Source of the DNA: the human T2T-CHM13v2.0 reference genome, Homo sapiens
Strand: one strand, 5' to 3'
Assembly: GCF_009914755.1 (NCBI RefSeq)
Contig: NC_060935.1
Length of the DNA: 64,000 nucleotides
Shown here: piece after piece, positions 1 through 15,836 of the stretch
Layout: each line of letters starts with the position of its first letter
How positions within the stretch are numbered: position 1 is the stretch's first letter
Made by a program: the position numbers and the translations under genes
Notes under the pieces: model-generated
The model's database searches: none
Seen by the model: only the letters and a program-made list of their open reading frames with translations
Told to the model about the DNA's origin: nothing

Positions 1-238
1 AATACCCACTTGGATAGATCAAATACTAAGGTTGAAGAGAAACAGTGTTTTAATGTATTCTGGTCTCTATGTAGAAAGTAAAATGGTAATACTGAGCCAG
101 ACGGAGTTAGAGCTAGGGAGCCAGTTAGCCCCTTGCTTGGCATCATCATAAGACAAGAAATACTTTCATGTTTTCATTAAGGACATTTTAAATTTAAAAA
201 GAAGAAATTTTAAAAGCCTTTACCAAAATTCTGGGTTC

Positions 239-358
239 CCCAAATTTCTAACTACATCCCTTAGAGAACAGCATTTCTTTGCTTACCCGTGTTGATACTT
301 TAAAAAATCTAGACCTAGTTTCCATTATGCAGACAGCCCAGGCACAGAAGCCAACCAG
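239..358 (+). repeat. 120-bp unique-sequence segment, copy 1 (second copy at 4463-4582)
   Basis: cccaaatttctaactacatccc...gaagccaaccag aligns ungapped to 4463-4582 with 8 mismatches. Confidence 0.9.
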
Positions 359-587
359 TATTTTAAGACTGCAATGTTTACTAATGGATGTCTGGCTAGA
401 AACAGTGTTGGCAGAATCCTGGCAGAGGCATTTACTCTCACTAATGATGTGGAACAGGGCTGCATAATTATGTCCACTTGTATTAAGTCTACCTAAGACT
501 GTGATGTTTTGTAGTGGAACCAGAAACAAGCATCCCAAAAACTCCTGGGATTTTCCTGCAAGAGGCATTACATCAGAACTGGTTCAA

Positions 588-1178
<591 letters not shown>

Positions 1179-2144
1179 TTAATCTATCCCCTGCTCCCTG
1201 CTCCAGGAAAGCTATTGAAGTTATACATCATCATTTTCTTTCCTAGCTGTACCTGGGACTAGAAGCATCAGCAGTTATTCATCAGCAAGAAAGAAGGACA
1301 ATTACATTCCTTGGGACTGCCTGGACACTATTCTCATGGAGAGTAATTTCTGCCTACTAAAAGAGGTAGATTCCAAACTTAGATACGTGAGAAATCATTT
1401 GGTATTTAATAGAACTCAAGTCATCCACATAGCCCTAGAAAATGATAATTAATAAGGAGCTATGCATTGAAAATGAATAACAGTAAGCCTTTAAAATGAA
1501 AACCCTTAGAATAAAGGAATAGCTGTTGTTATTATTATGTTAGTATTACTTAGTATTAAAAAGGTCAAGTTAGTGTCATCAGATTTCTTTTCCATCTACA
1601 TAATTCCTAGACCTCCAGAGAATCTTCATGTCATTTTCTGAAATGGAATGCTGCTTCAAAAATTTTGGAAATAAACCATAAAACGAGGACACTAAAGAAG
1701 CATTGATTTTTGCAAATTACTATTAAATAATATCTTTATCCCATATTAATAATTTAACCACAATGTTTGTCAAATAACCTAAAAATTTGGCTACTTTAGA
1801 AAATATCCAGTATCATCTGAAACCAAGTATTAGGGTTTCAAAAGAGTTGGAACTTGGATCTGGGGTAAGAAAAAGTACCATGTCCCTGCCTGCCTCCCTT
1901 CCTTCCTTCCTCTCTCTTTTCCTTTCTTCTATTCATCCTTTCTTTTTTCATACTTCTGGCCTTTTGGTGCCCCTTATCTATATCTAGGGTAACATTTCAG
2001 TGGAAGAGATTCTAGAAACAAACAATGTGTGGCATTCAAATATAGAGAGTTATTTGCAAGGCAAGATGTAGTTTCTGCCACTCATATGAATCCTCTGTCA
2101 AGATGTTTGTCCCTCAGTTGTTGATGCAGATAGTCAAAGATTAT

Positions 2145-2262
2145 CCCTTTAATCTTTAACATTGTCAAAGTTAATATATACCCTTTACTTTTCAACACTG
2201 TCAATGTTAATATAAACCTTTTAATTTTTAACATATTCAAAGTTAATATAAACCCCATTAAT
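2145..2262. repeat. Degenerate 36-bp minisatellite, ~3.3 units
   Basis: Units start 2145, 2181, 2217: ccctttaatctttaacattgtcaaagttaatatata and variants. Confidence 0.85.
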
Positions 2263-2614
2263 GCTTCTCAGGTGATCAAACACAGGAATGATCACTATGA
2301 ACTAGTTGTATCAGTAGTTTTTCCATTCGGTAGCTGGTACATATTTGGGGGTATGATATCGTCAAAAGTCATAGTGATAACTGCCCTTAGTTATAGTATT
2401 TTTAATACAAAATAATATCACCTTTATTATTTCATTTGAGACTCCCATAGACCACTGCTTGCTACTCCAGAAACTGTTCCCAATTGTGTCTGCCATTTCA
2501 TGCCCTCTCCTGAGTACTGCTGCTCCCTCTCCCCTGAGTTTTATTCTCTACTCCTTCCTTCATCCTTTTAAGTATAGTTAACACAGGCTATTATGTTTAA
2601 CACACTGTACTAAA

Positions 2615-3339
2615 TGTATTAGTTTCTTAGAGCTATCATAACAAAGTACCACAAACTGAGGGGCTTAAACAACAAAAATTGATTGTCTCTCAGTTCTGTA
2701 GTCTAAAGTCCGAAATCAAGAGGTCAGCAAGGGTATTCCATTTGAGGACTTTCTCCTTAACCTGTAGATGGCTATATTCTCCTTATGCCTCTAACATCAT
2801 CTTCCCTTTATACTCTCTGTGTTTTTGTATCCCAATTGCTAGTCCTATAAGGATGTCAGTCATACTGCACTAGGGTCCAGCCTAATGACCTCTTTTAAAC
2901 TTGATTATCTCTGTAAAGACGCTGTCTTCAATTAAGGTCACCTTTTTTTTTTTTTAGATGGAGTTTCACTCTTCTTGCCCAGACTGGAATGCAGTGGCCC
3001 AGACTGGAATGCAGTGGCACAATCTTGGCTCACTGCAACCTCCGCCTTCTGGGTTCAAGCGATTCTCCTGCCTCAGCGTCCTGAGTAGCTGGGATTACAG
3101 GCATGCACCGCCATGCCCGGCTAATTTTGTATTTTTACTAGAGATGGGGGTTTCTCCATGTTGGTCAGGATGGTCTCGAACTCCCAACCTGAGGTGATTC
3201 ATCTGCCTCGGCCTCCCAAAGTGCTGGGATTACAGGCATGAGCCACCACACCCGGCCTTTAAGGTCACATTTTGAGGTACTAAGGGCTAGGGCTTCAGAA
3301 ACATATCTTTTTTAGGAGGACACAATTAAGCCCATAACA
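2615..3339 (-). mobile_element. MLT1-type (ERVL-MaLR) solo LTR interrupted by an Alu
   Basis: tgtattagtttc...aacaaagtaccacaaactg...cttaaacaac at one end, gacacaattaagcccataaca at the other. Confidence 0.8.
2943..3257 (-). mobile_element. Alu (AluS-like) with internal 20-bp tandem duplication at 2977-3016
   Basis: Antisense Alu, TSD ttaaggtcac; gcccagactggaatgcagtg occurs twice in tandem. Confidence 0.95.
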
Positions 3340-3544
3340 CTAAGCCTCAAAGATAACAGATGAGAAACACAATATAGAAAAGAAGAACTTAAATGAAATC
3401 TCAAGTGTCATTATCATGAAATGCATTGGCCATGCCTGGTGTAGGACCTGATTGTCTCCCTCCTTATGTCCAACCTGCTACCATGTTTCTGGGGCCAGCT
3501 CATCTCCTTGGATGGAAATCTGATCATGCACATTCCTTCCTTCC

Positions 3545-4001
3545 TGTGATAGTTAATTTTATATGTCAAATTGACTGTGCCACTGGGTGCCCAGATGTTT
3601 GGCCAAACATTTTTCCAGGTGTTTCTGTAAGGATATTTGTGGAGAAGATTAATATTTAAATCTCATCTTGGTAAAGCAGATTGCCTTCCATTATATGCAT
3701 GGGGCTTATCCTATCAATTGAAGGCCTGAATAGAACAAAAGCTGATCCTTCTTTGAGTAAGAGAGAATTCTTTTGCTTGACAAACCTTCAAACATGGACA
3801 TCATTTCTTCCTGGCTCTACAGTAGCTTCCAGCTTTGAGGCTCAAACTGGCACATCAGCTCTGCAGATTTTGTACTTCTTAGCCTTCATAATCATGTGAA
3901 CCAATTCCTTATAATAAGTCAATCCCTCTCTCTCTCTCTCTGTCTCTCTCTCTTTCTCTGTACTCTCTCTGTCTCTGTTTTTCTGGAAACCCTAGTATAC
4001 A
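3545..4001 (+). mobile_element. MLT2-type (ERVL) solo LTR
   Basis: tgtgatagttaattttatatgtcaaattgact...gggtgcccagatgtttgg start; TC-rich tract and ...ccctagtataca end. Confidence 0.8.
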
Positions 4002-4462
4002 GTCTAAGACCAGGTCTCACTTAATGAAGAAAAATCACAAACCATATCAGCATCCTTTCAGGATTACAACTTAAGAGCCCCAGAGCAAGCTCTTTATCTT
4101 ACTAGAAACAATACTCAACTTCCCTAATCTGAAGCCCCTATGTCTGGGTTATTCCTCTGGGTTTCAGTCATAAAGATGACTGAAATCTGCCCCCCTATCC
4201 CCACTGATCTCTCTTGAGAATAAAGCAAGAGCCTGTCCCAAAGTCAAGTCCAGCTGCTAATCTTAGTGCAATCATGGATTGGAAAATACTGAGATCTGAA
4301 CTCAGAGCACTCTGCTACATGCACAAAACTTTTCACATCTTCGCAACATTTCAAACCTTTGTGGACTTTCTCAAATTTTCCCTATCTAATTTCATTTAGG
4401 GCTTTTCATTTCCTTCACCAATTGTCTGGTAATTCCTTTACTAACTGCCAGTTAGGTAATTA

Positions 4463-4582
4463 CCCAAATTTCTAACTACATCCCTTAGAGCACAGCATTT
4501 CTATGCTTATCCATGTTGATACTTTTAAAAATCTAGATCTAGTTTCCAACATGCAGACAGCCCAGGCACAGAAGCCAACCAG
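4463..4582 (+). repeat. 120-bp segment, copy 2 (of 239-358), flanked by a short direct repeat
   Basis: Flanks aattcctttactaac (4431-4445) and aattcctttaccaac (4585-4599). Confidence 0.9.
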
Positions 4583-5542
4583 ACAATTCCTTTACCAACG
4601 GTTTTTTATAGCTCAATAATGTATACATGTGACTTTGTAAAGAATTAGCCTTGTCTACTTAAGGCTCAATACAAAACCTTCCAAAGTTTTCACAGATTAA
4701 CCAAATTAGTCTTGAAAAATATCTCCAGGTTAGAAGAGGGTAAACCACTCTCCCTGACTCTGCAGCCTCACTCTCATCCCTACTTTGGGTTTCTGCTTTC
4801 CAGATTCTCTTATGTCACCACATCACCTATTCACCCTCCCCCAAAGCGGTATGATTCTCCTTTAAAAATTTTAATGTGTACAAAAATGTTTTCCCTTGGC
4901 ATAACTGAGACAGGCTGGTATTTTCAAGAACAGCTTTACTAAACATGAGGGAAAACAGAAAAGAAATAATTACAGAAAACATACACAGTATAAAAATAGC
5001 CAAGTTTCCAACTGCAGGTTTCTGTTTCTAAAAATTCCATTTGAAGTAGGAACGCTTTACTGGGCCTCAATCTCATTTACCCTTAGTCAACCACATCCCT
5101 TAATTTTGCTGTATCCTGTCTGGACTCCTTCTCCCCTTCCACCAACACCTCACCCTTCCCTGAGCCCTGTGATCTTGAGCCACTATCTCTGTTTTTTGAA
5201 CCCACATCTCCAAGAAAAAACACCCAAGAACTTACTTTTAAAACTAAACTTACTTTTTATTCTCTTAATTAAAAATATCCTGGACTCACAAAGAGCTGCC
5301 AAATTGCTAGCTTACAAGAGATTTTCAAGTTTTGATGTTTAAGATTTACTGGGTTTCAAATATTAGCCCTTCTCAATACTGAAGTTAAACCAGCATAAAC
5401 CAAAGTGTAATCTAGGAAATGATCCTTGGGATAACAAATATTCTTTACAAAGGCAGGTAGTATTCTATAATCAAAAAAAATCTGAGGAATTCTGGGTTAA
5501 ACAAAGTTTCATAGTTTTCTCCATTGCATAATTTCTCAAACC

Positions 5543-6990
<1,448 letters not shown>

Positions 6991-7792
6991 ACCACTTTTA
7001 ACATGTTCGTGGGCATTATGACTCTATAAGAGGTGGAAACAGAAGGCAGCATTTCCCTAACTTTTTTGACTTTGAAACCTTTCATCATGTAGCATGTCAC
7101 AGGACTAGGGTTTTAAGGAAAACATTTTGGAAAATATTGCTCATACCCTTCTAGTTACACTCCATTATGGCATTATGTATTAATTTCTAAGGTAACACAG
7201 GCTTTCTCTCTAGGTAGAGAGGTATTTCCATAAAACTTCATCTATCCCTAAACCAAACACTGTCCGGAGGATCCAAGCCCCAAAATATACCTATAGGAAG
7301 CACACATGTGCCAAATGCAGTGAGCGGCAAGGAGGGCTGTCTCACCACAGCCTTGTTGAGCCCAACCTCAAATGCTGCCAGATTTTAGCCTTTTTTTTTT
7401 CTTCATATTTCTAATAGTATTTTGGTGGAGGAGTAAGATTGAAGGTCTGGAGAGAGGCCCTGGGAGTAAATTGTCCTTTTCTCTGGTGATGTATGTAATA
7501 TTGTTCAGGGTACTAGCATTTGGGTGTTTCCACCTATATACACTATATCAGAGTGTCAGAGTGTCACTTGATGCTCTAGAAAGAATTAAAGTTTTTTTTT
7601 CTATTTTCTAATGAATGAGGTTTTTGTTTGTTTTGTTTTTGTTTTTTTGTTTTGGTTATAAGGAATAGAAACTCACTCAGAGGCCCCATAAGTAAAAAAT
7701 GTATGAGGGAAATACTGAAAGGGAATTTATCTGGTGATAGGAAGTTAGAATCTGAGGCAGCCGTAGGGATAGGTTTCTCTCCAGGACAAGTC

Positions 7793-7815
7793 TTCTCTTT
7801 CTCTCTCTCTCTCCG

Positions 7816-7912
<97 letters not shown>
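7793..7912. repeat. Compound (TC)n(CA)n microsatellite
   Basis: Direct reading. Confidence 0.97.
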
Positions 7913-7913
<1 letters not shown>

Positions 7914-8429
7914 AAATTCACAAAGACTCAGAGGCTGCATGGTCTTTCATGGTACCTCTGAGACCTCTCACATTTTATAGTTATACACTAAGAAATCATA
8001 ATAAAATCTTCTATGTTTGCATACCACAATCTAAGTAAGTCTTGAAGATTTGCTTTGTAAACAAGGAGACCAAGGCCCAGGGAGAAGACACCACCCAGTG
8101 AAAGGAGCCCTAGTTGGGTTTAGTAAATTTGAATTCTGCTCCTGTGTGACTGTAGGCAGGTGGCTTCATCTGGGTTCAAATTCCTCTTCTGAAAGGGAAG
8201 TGACTGGATAGAGATAGGTGATCTTCAAGATGCATTCCACAGTATAACATGGCTGTGGTCATACAGCTGGTGGATTATGGCCAAGTAAGAATCACATCTC
8301 CTGTTACCTGGTCTAGTGTTGTGATTTGTTTCATTACACTATACTGCATTTTCATTTTTAAATGTTTTTTTAAAATCTCAACCCATTTTTTTTCTCATCT
8401 GTTTGGATTGCTGTGAAAACACTTTTAAG

Positions 8430-8660
8430 AAGGCAGTATGGTACTGTGAAAAAAGTGTAAGCGTTGAAACCAAAGAGATGGATTTGGATCTAGGTTTACT
8501 GTCAGCTCTGTAATTTTAGAGCAGTTACTTAACCTCTTCCTCAGCCTCAGTTCCATCATCTGTAAGACAGGTGTATATAATACGTGCCTTGTAGGCTTGT
8601 TGATGAGATTAAATAAGATTGTGTCTATAAAGCATCAAAGATAGTATGTATAAACATTCC
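8430..8660 (+). mobile_element. MIR
   Basis: gcagttacttaacctc...cctcagttccatcatctgtaa core. Confidence 0.75.
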
Positions 8661-9579
8661 ATCTCACATTTTACATCTCCATGCCTCTTAATTATTTAGG
8701 GAGATGAGGAATTACAGCAAATCATTTACGAACCAAGATGAGGACGAGGCAAGCGATAGCTTTATTGTCTGCATAAGTAATATTTATCAGAGAAATATTT
8801 TAGGTTAATTTTTCTGTTCAAACATTTTCAAAATATCAGTCCATGTTCCTTCTTAAGAAAGCACACACACAATCTTTAGAAAGATTATAACTGAATCTTT
8901 GTTGATTATTGAAGATCTTGCTGTGCCTTGGGCTTATTATTTCAAACTTGAATTCATATCATTCAACTGCCTTGGAAAAACGTGCAGAAGGTACAAAACT
9001 TAGTTGGAATGTGTTAAACTCAGGAAATCTAGAATTTTGTTGTTTGTTTTGAATTGAAATTCTTGTTAACAATTTCTCTGTGGTTCAGACTTCTAAATAG
9101 TACAAACATTCCATTTATAGTTGAGGATCTTGGGTACTGTGTTCTGGTTAAACAAATGATCCACAGAATTTTTTTTTTTGAATGCCTACTTTGTTGAAGG
9201 ACCTGAACCAGACACCATTTTGGACATGAGGAAATATTAAAATTAATATGAGGCTTTAAGGAATGTACACTCTCATTAATTAGGCAAAACATAAACTTAT
9301 AAAAAAAAGTAGCTACAACAGAAGTCAAAAAAATGAGAGAAGGCTTTATAAAGAAGTCAGTACTTGAAATGGGACTTGAACCATGGTAGGATTTGCACTA
9401 GCAGTGCTCAGTGGTAGGAGGAATGTTTGATGGAGAAGGATCTTTAGGGCAGAGGGAATAGTTTGAATAAATGCACGGGGATGGGAAAGCTTAGGTTATA
9501 TCTAAGAGACTTTAAGTTGTTCATTTTGGAGATAATTAAGGCTAACACAGATACTTAGTTGGGACATTCCTAGTTTTTC

Positions 9580-9666
9580 TTTTGTTTTTTTATTATACTT
9601 TAAATTTTAGGGTACATGTGCACAACGTGCAGATTTGTTACATATGTATACATGTGCCATGTTGGT
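9580..9666 (-). mobile_element. Extremely 5'-truncated L1PA 3' end (87 bp) with 18-bp TSD
   Basis: ttattatactttaaattttagggtacatgtgcacaacgtgcag...gccatgttggt; TSD ggacattcctagtttttc at 9562-9579 and 9667-9684. Confidence 0.92.
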
Positions 9667-10421
9667 GGACATTCCTAGTTTTTCATAACATCTACTGAAT
9701 GTACAGATGTCTTGAAAAGTGTTTCTTAGGCCCCTAGAGTGATGAGAAACTGATTTGCTGTGCATTCTTTCGTACATTAGTTTATCTCTGTAGGCTGATA
9801 ATAGGTAGGTCACAAAAGAAATCATAGGGCTACCAATTTGCCTGTTTGTTAGAAGCTAAGATCCATTTCTTGGACATCAGAAATGTTTGGTACACTCGAC
9901 AGCCTTCCCAGGTTCCATTCTCCTTTCTAGAAAACCATTACAGCCATGGGCTAGGTCCTGAGTTTGGGTATCCACTGCCCCTCTGTAAACAGCTCAAGCC
10001 AGGAACATGAAGGAGGAGGGCACTAGGTTTCTCTAATGTTCTTTCCATTTGCCTCACTTGCCCCTTGTTTGCCAGCCCAATCCTGTGCCCATTCTCATCC
10101 TTAGAAACAAGGCTACTTAAACACAAGGTCGCGTTCCTCAGAGGGAAAGATAGCATTTCACCTAATGGTCAATGGACTTACATATTCCCTTTATAAAAGT
10201 GGAAAATGAGAGAAAGCAGGTGGGGGGAAATCCATGCAGAACCCTGGTGTTATGGGACATCTCTCAACCTACTTTGCTGAAGCTAATGCTTTCAGCAGAG
10301 GTGAAAAAGGCATGACACAGCAATGTGTATTACACATTGAAGTATCTGGGCAGTGAGACTCCCATGAAAAATTGCTAGATAGTTACTCTCTTGAACATTT
10401 CTAAGCATTGGTTGATTCTGT

Positions 10422-10785
10422 TGATATGGTTTGACTGTGTCCCCACCCAAATCTCATCTTGAATTGTAGCTCCCATAATTCCCACGTACTGTGGGAAGGA
10501 CCCCACTGGAGGTAATTGAATCATAGATGTGGGTTTTTCCCATGCTGTTCTCATGATAGTGAATAAGTCTCATGAGAACTAATGATTTTGTACATGAGGG
10601 TTCCCCTGGGCAAGCTCTCTTGCCTGCTGCCATGTAAGATGTGACTTTGGTCCTCATTTGCCTTGTGCCATGATTGTGAGGTCTCCCCAGCCATGTGCAA
10701 CTGTAAGTCAATTAAACCTCTTTCCTTTATAAATTACCCAGTCTCAGGTATGTCTTTATTAGGAGCATGAGAACAGACTAATTCA
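10422..10785 (+). mobile_element. THE1-type (ERVL-MaLR) solo LTR
   Basis: tgatatggtttgactgtgtccccacccaaatctcatcttgaattgtagctccc...gaacagactaattca; ctgt flanks both ends. Confidence 0.9.
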
Positions 10786-11959
10786 CTGTTAAGTAGAGAA
10801 AATTGAGATTCTCAAACTTGGCTTTCTATATGTAAAGCAAGTCTATGCCAAGGAACATGGCAGTTTTGTGTTTTAAAGAAGCAAATCTTTCATCAGGGAC
10901 ACCTAATGAGGAAGGTTCTCTTCTTGTCTTCTTTTTTTGTTGCTGTTATTTTTCTATATCTGGCTTCTTTGTTTCTGCCCTTCACTTTCAACCATAATGC
11001 ACAACTTCTCCCCATTTAATGAAAAACTCCTTTCCTAACATAGTACAGCGTCAGAGTGGTAGAGCTGGGAGGGAACTTAGACATTATTGAAGTCACCCTT
11101 GACTTTTGAGATAAGGAAAATAAGCCCCAGAGAGATAAAATGATTTTCTGACTGTAGGAGTGGTAGGGATAGACATGAATGGTGGGAAGTTATAAAATAA
11201 TTCACAGAGTGTTTTATGGTTTACAGAGTGTTATTACTTATGTGATTGCACATGATCTCATAACACCTGTGATGTAGGTGATATTATTATGTCCATTTTA
11301 CAGGTGAGGAAACTGAGACCCACAGCATTTTCCTATAAGGGGAAAGAGTATATATTTTTCATCAGGGAAACTGCTCATGGCAAAGCCTAGTGACTGTGAA
11401 GTGCCAAACCCTGTTCTGAAGGGCTAGGCATACAAAGATTAATAATGACTGCCCCTGCACTCATATCTGTTAGGAAGAGGTTGTTGGTCTCCCCAAAGGC
11501 CACACACGGGCACCCTAATGCTGTCAAAAATTAACTGAACTCTAGTGGAACTGCATCTGGTACAGCCATTTGACTCCCTCTAAGCGTGGCCATGTAGAAA
11601 CTTTGGACAGGGCAACTCTTCTAAAGAGGAACCTACACTTTAAACTGTATAAAATTGAGAGTCTATGTAATGTGAAAAGTGAATAAATTAAAGTTGGCTC
11701 AAGATCATAGAAGCATTTGGGTTCTAACTGGCAGGGGAAGTTGAGTGGGGATGAATTAGGGGCTTTCAGATCTCTTCTCTTCTCTTTTATTCTTTTTTGT
11801 GAATAGTCCCCATCTCTGTGGCCCTACTTTTTCAGAGTAACACTGACAAATACATACTCTTTTTGTTTTTCATTTTTATTCTTGGTAAAATAATCTGATC
11901 AATAACTGGATCATACCTTCATGGATGCTGGAAAATTCTGGAACTTTTGTTTATCTAAG

Positions 11960-12083
11960 ACAAGGATCAGCAAACCACTGCCTGTGGGCCAAATCTGGCT
12001 GCTGCCTGTTTTTATAGGCTTGCAAGTTAAAAAATCATAACTGCATATATATATGTGTATGTGTATATATATATATATATGTG

Positions 12084-12116
<33 letters not shown>

Positions 12117-12137
12117 GTGTGTATATATATATATATA

Positions 12138-12195
<58 letters not shown>

Positions 12196-12577
12196 TATAT
12201 TTATTTTTATTTTTATTTTTAATTTTTTTGAGACAGAGTCTCACTCTGTTGCCCAGACTGGAGTGCAGTGGCGAGATCTTGGCTTACTGCAACCTCTGTT
12301 TCTTGGGTTCAAGCAAAGAATAGTTTTTATATTTTTTAATGGTTGAAAACAATCAAAATCAGAAAGCTATTTTTTGATGTAAATATAATATTAATTAAAA
12401 TTTCAATGGCAAAAAGTAATGTTTTATGAGAATGCAGCCACTCTTTTATTTACATCTTATTTATGCTTTTGTCCCACACAATGGATTTTAGTAGCTGCAA
12501 CAGAGACTACATGGCCTGCAGAACCTAAAAATATTTACAGTCCTGCCCTTTACAGAAAATCTTTGCCAATACTTCTC
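11960..12577 (+). mobile_element. MER58-like hAT DNA transposon interrupted by (TA/TG)n (12045-12200) and a truncated antisense Alu (12200-12315)
   Basis: cagcaaac...gggccaaatctggc...cctgttttt start; aaaatatttac...ccctttacagaaaa...tttgcc end. Confidence 0.75.
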
Positions 12578-13148
12578 TTACAGCACTAATCATACTGTAT
12601 TAGAATTGGTTCTCTCCATATCCATCTCCCCAGCTTGACTTTTGAGCTTATGGAGGGCGCCTCTTTGCTTAAGATGAGGCTTTAACTCCTGGTGGGCACT
12701 CTAAATATTTGTGGGATGGAAGAGAAAATGAATCAATGATGTGGGCTTGGCAGAGTCGATTACCCCTTTGGGGTCTCAGCTTTCTTTTCGTGAAATGAAA
12801 GAGTTGGTTAAGGTGACCTTGGTCCCCATCTAGCTCTGACATTCTATATTATATATTAAGGTTTCTGTAGCTAAAAATAAATATCACGTTTGGTTCATTG
12901 AACTTCAACTTTGAGTTCTCCCTTGCTGATCTTCTAACTATTGGTTGGTTTCCCAGGTCTTTCAGTATCATGAAAGGGATGCCCTTATGAGCTAGCTTCC
13001 CTGGGCATATTGTGTTAGTGTATGTGGTGTGTGCATTGCATGTAGTATATAAATATATTATATTAAGAAATCAATAACTTCCTTCTTCATTTCTGCCTGT
13101 CTTGTGTGAGTCTGGTGACATGAACAATTTTCGCAGGGTCTGGTCATT

Positions 13149-13457
<309 letters not shown>

Positions 13458-13483
13458 GGGCCTGGTCATTCTTAAGAATCTGG

Positions 13484-13805
13484 GGCCAGGCGTTGTGGCT
13501 CATACCTCTAATCCCAGCACTTTGGAAGGCCAGGAAGGGTGGATTGCCTGAGCCCAGGAGTTTAAGATCAGCCTAGGCAACACAGCAAGACCTCATCTCT
13601 ACCAAAAAAAAAAACAAAAACCCAAAAATTAGACAGGTATGGTGGTGTGTGCCTGTAATCTCAGCTACTTGGGAGGCTGAGGTGGGAGGATTTCTTGAGC
13701 CAGGAGTTCCAGTTTGCAGTGAGCTATGATCACACCACTGCACTCCAGCCTAGGTGACAGAGTGAGACTTTGTCTCAAAAAAAAAAAAAAGAAAAGAAAA
13801 AAAAT
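13484..13805 (+). mobile_element. Alu (AluJ-like)
   Basis: Full dimer, diverged, starts 26 bp from the head of the antisense Alu. Confidence 0.93.
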
Positions 13806-13994
13806 AGATTTTATAATCAATACCCCTGTATTTGAATCATGACTTTACCTTGTACAAACTGTAACAAGTTATCTTGTGTATATTCATATCTCATGTATAT
13901 ATTAGTATCTTCATCCTGTATATTTTAAGACAAATTACTTAATTTTGATTTTCATTTTCCTTAGCTGTCAGATTGGATTGAAAATACCTTCTAG

Positions 13995-14158
13995 AGCCAG
14001 GTGTAGTGGCCTGTGCCTGTAGTCCCAGCTACTCTGGAGACTGAGGTGGGAGGATCACTTGAGCCCAGGAGTTTGAGGCTGTAGTGAGCTGTGGTCATGC
14101 CGCTGCACTCCAGCCTGGATGACAGAACGAGATCCTGTCTCTTAAAAAAAAAAAAAAA
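13995..14158 (+). mobile_element. Alu right monomer (FRAM/AluJ fragment)
   Basis: agccaggtgtagtgg...gatcctgtctctt-polyA. Confidence 0.9.
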
Positions 14159-14385
14159 GTCTGAATGTTTGGAGTTCAGAGACCACACACTGGAGTTATG
14201 GCTACTCCCTCACCTCTATGCATCCACACAATAGACTCAGAAAAAAAAATCTGCCTTTACTTGGAAAATCTCACTACTTAGAAAAGCTTACTACTTGGAA
14301 AATCATGGTATTTTCAAACCAAACGGAGATAAAAGTCCTTGTGGAAACTTTACAAGCGCACAGTGTCATTCCCTGAGGTGGTTCA

Positions 14386-14637
<252 letters not shown>

Positions 14638-15589
14638 TCAGAAATGTTATTGCCTCTCTTCAACCCCATCATTGTTAAAAAATGGACAGAATCTTAGAAC
14701 TGAGACATATGTGACCTAAGGAAATGTGCTTGCCTATAAATATGGTCCCATAAAGTCTGCCTGTACTGAAGCCAAGAGCAGCTCTCAAGCAATAGACAAA
14801 ATTTCTTTTGCGGACTCTTGTTATTTTTTCTACCCTTTCCTCCCAGGTTTCTAACACTGTTCACTGATTATCATGGGCCTCTGCTATGATGCACCCAGTG
14901 TGGAAAACATCTAAGCCTTCAGTTCAGTGTCTCCCTTCCCTTCTCACTACCCTTAAAAGAAGGGTAGTGAGGTATAGTGGAAAAGAGTAAAGCACTAAGA
15001 CTCAAATAAATCTCACACCCAGCTCCTCCATTTGTTGATGGAGCCTCAGTTTCTATAATCTACTAACACTTACTATCTCCTACCTCTGCTAATCACCCCT
15101 GAGTCCCTTACCAGCAAGAACCATGCATTATTTCTTCTTTTTATCTCATACTACTTAGTGTATAGCATGCAGCAGAGGCTTGACACATGCCTCTGGAGTA
15201 AAATTGAACCAACTTGACACATAATCTTGCATGGATCATGAAATGTGGAATGTCTGTGCTAAAAGGAACTCAAAGACCTACCCAGTGCAGTGTCTGCAAA
15301 CGCAAGGCAGTTGCAACCCACTCCCCTCTTCTGTGCTAAATGGACAGAAATGACTAAATAGTCACAATATTCTTTCTAGCAGAGAGTCTTTCCTGACCTA
15401 AGCTTCACAATTTTCAATGGAGCTCCCTTGGAGGCCACTGCTGAAATTAGCACTGGAGAAAAAAACCTATGTACCATTCTGGATTAAGTATAACTTGCAT
15501 TTTATAAATGAAGAAACCCAGACCTAGATAGGTGATATGATTTGGCCAAGGTCACACAACTAATTGTAGGGTGAATTCAAAATAGAACG

Positions 15590-15836
15590 TAGCCAGCCCT
15601 CCATATCCACAGGTTCCAAATCAGAGGATTAAACCAAAAACAGATAAAAAATATTTGGAAAATTTTTTTTGAAATAACACAATAACAAAAAATAATACAA
15701 ATTTAGGCCGGTCGTGGTAGCTCATGCCTGTAACCCCAGCACTTTGGGAGGCCAAGGTGGGTGGATCACTTGAGGCCAGGAGTTCGAGACCAGCCTGGCC
15801 AACATGGCAAAACCCTGTGTCTACCAAAAATACAAA
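15590..15836. mobile_element. MER2-like Tigger terminus (15590-15705) followed by a 3'-truncated Alu left arm (15706-15836)
   Basis: gccctccatatccacaggttcc...ggattaaacc terminal motif; Alu stops at the mid A-linker. Confidence 0.65.

Noticed and set aside
2145-2262. 36-bp repeats superficially CRISPR-length
   Set aside because: Contiguous tandem units with no spacers, in primate DNA with no cas genes.
7576-8038. Low-complexity ORFs (ERER, LSLS, YIYI; also 11911-12346 and 48544-48996)
   Set aside because: Translations of dinucleotide microsatellites.
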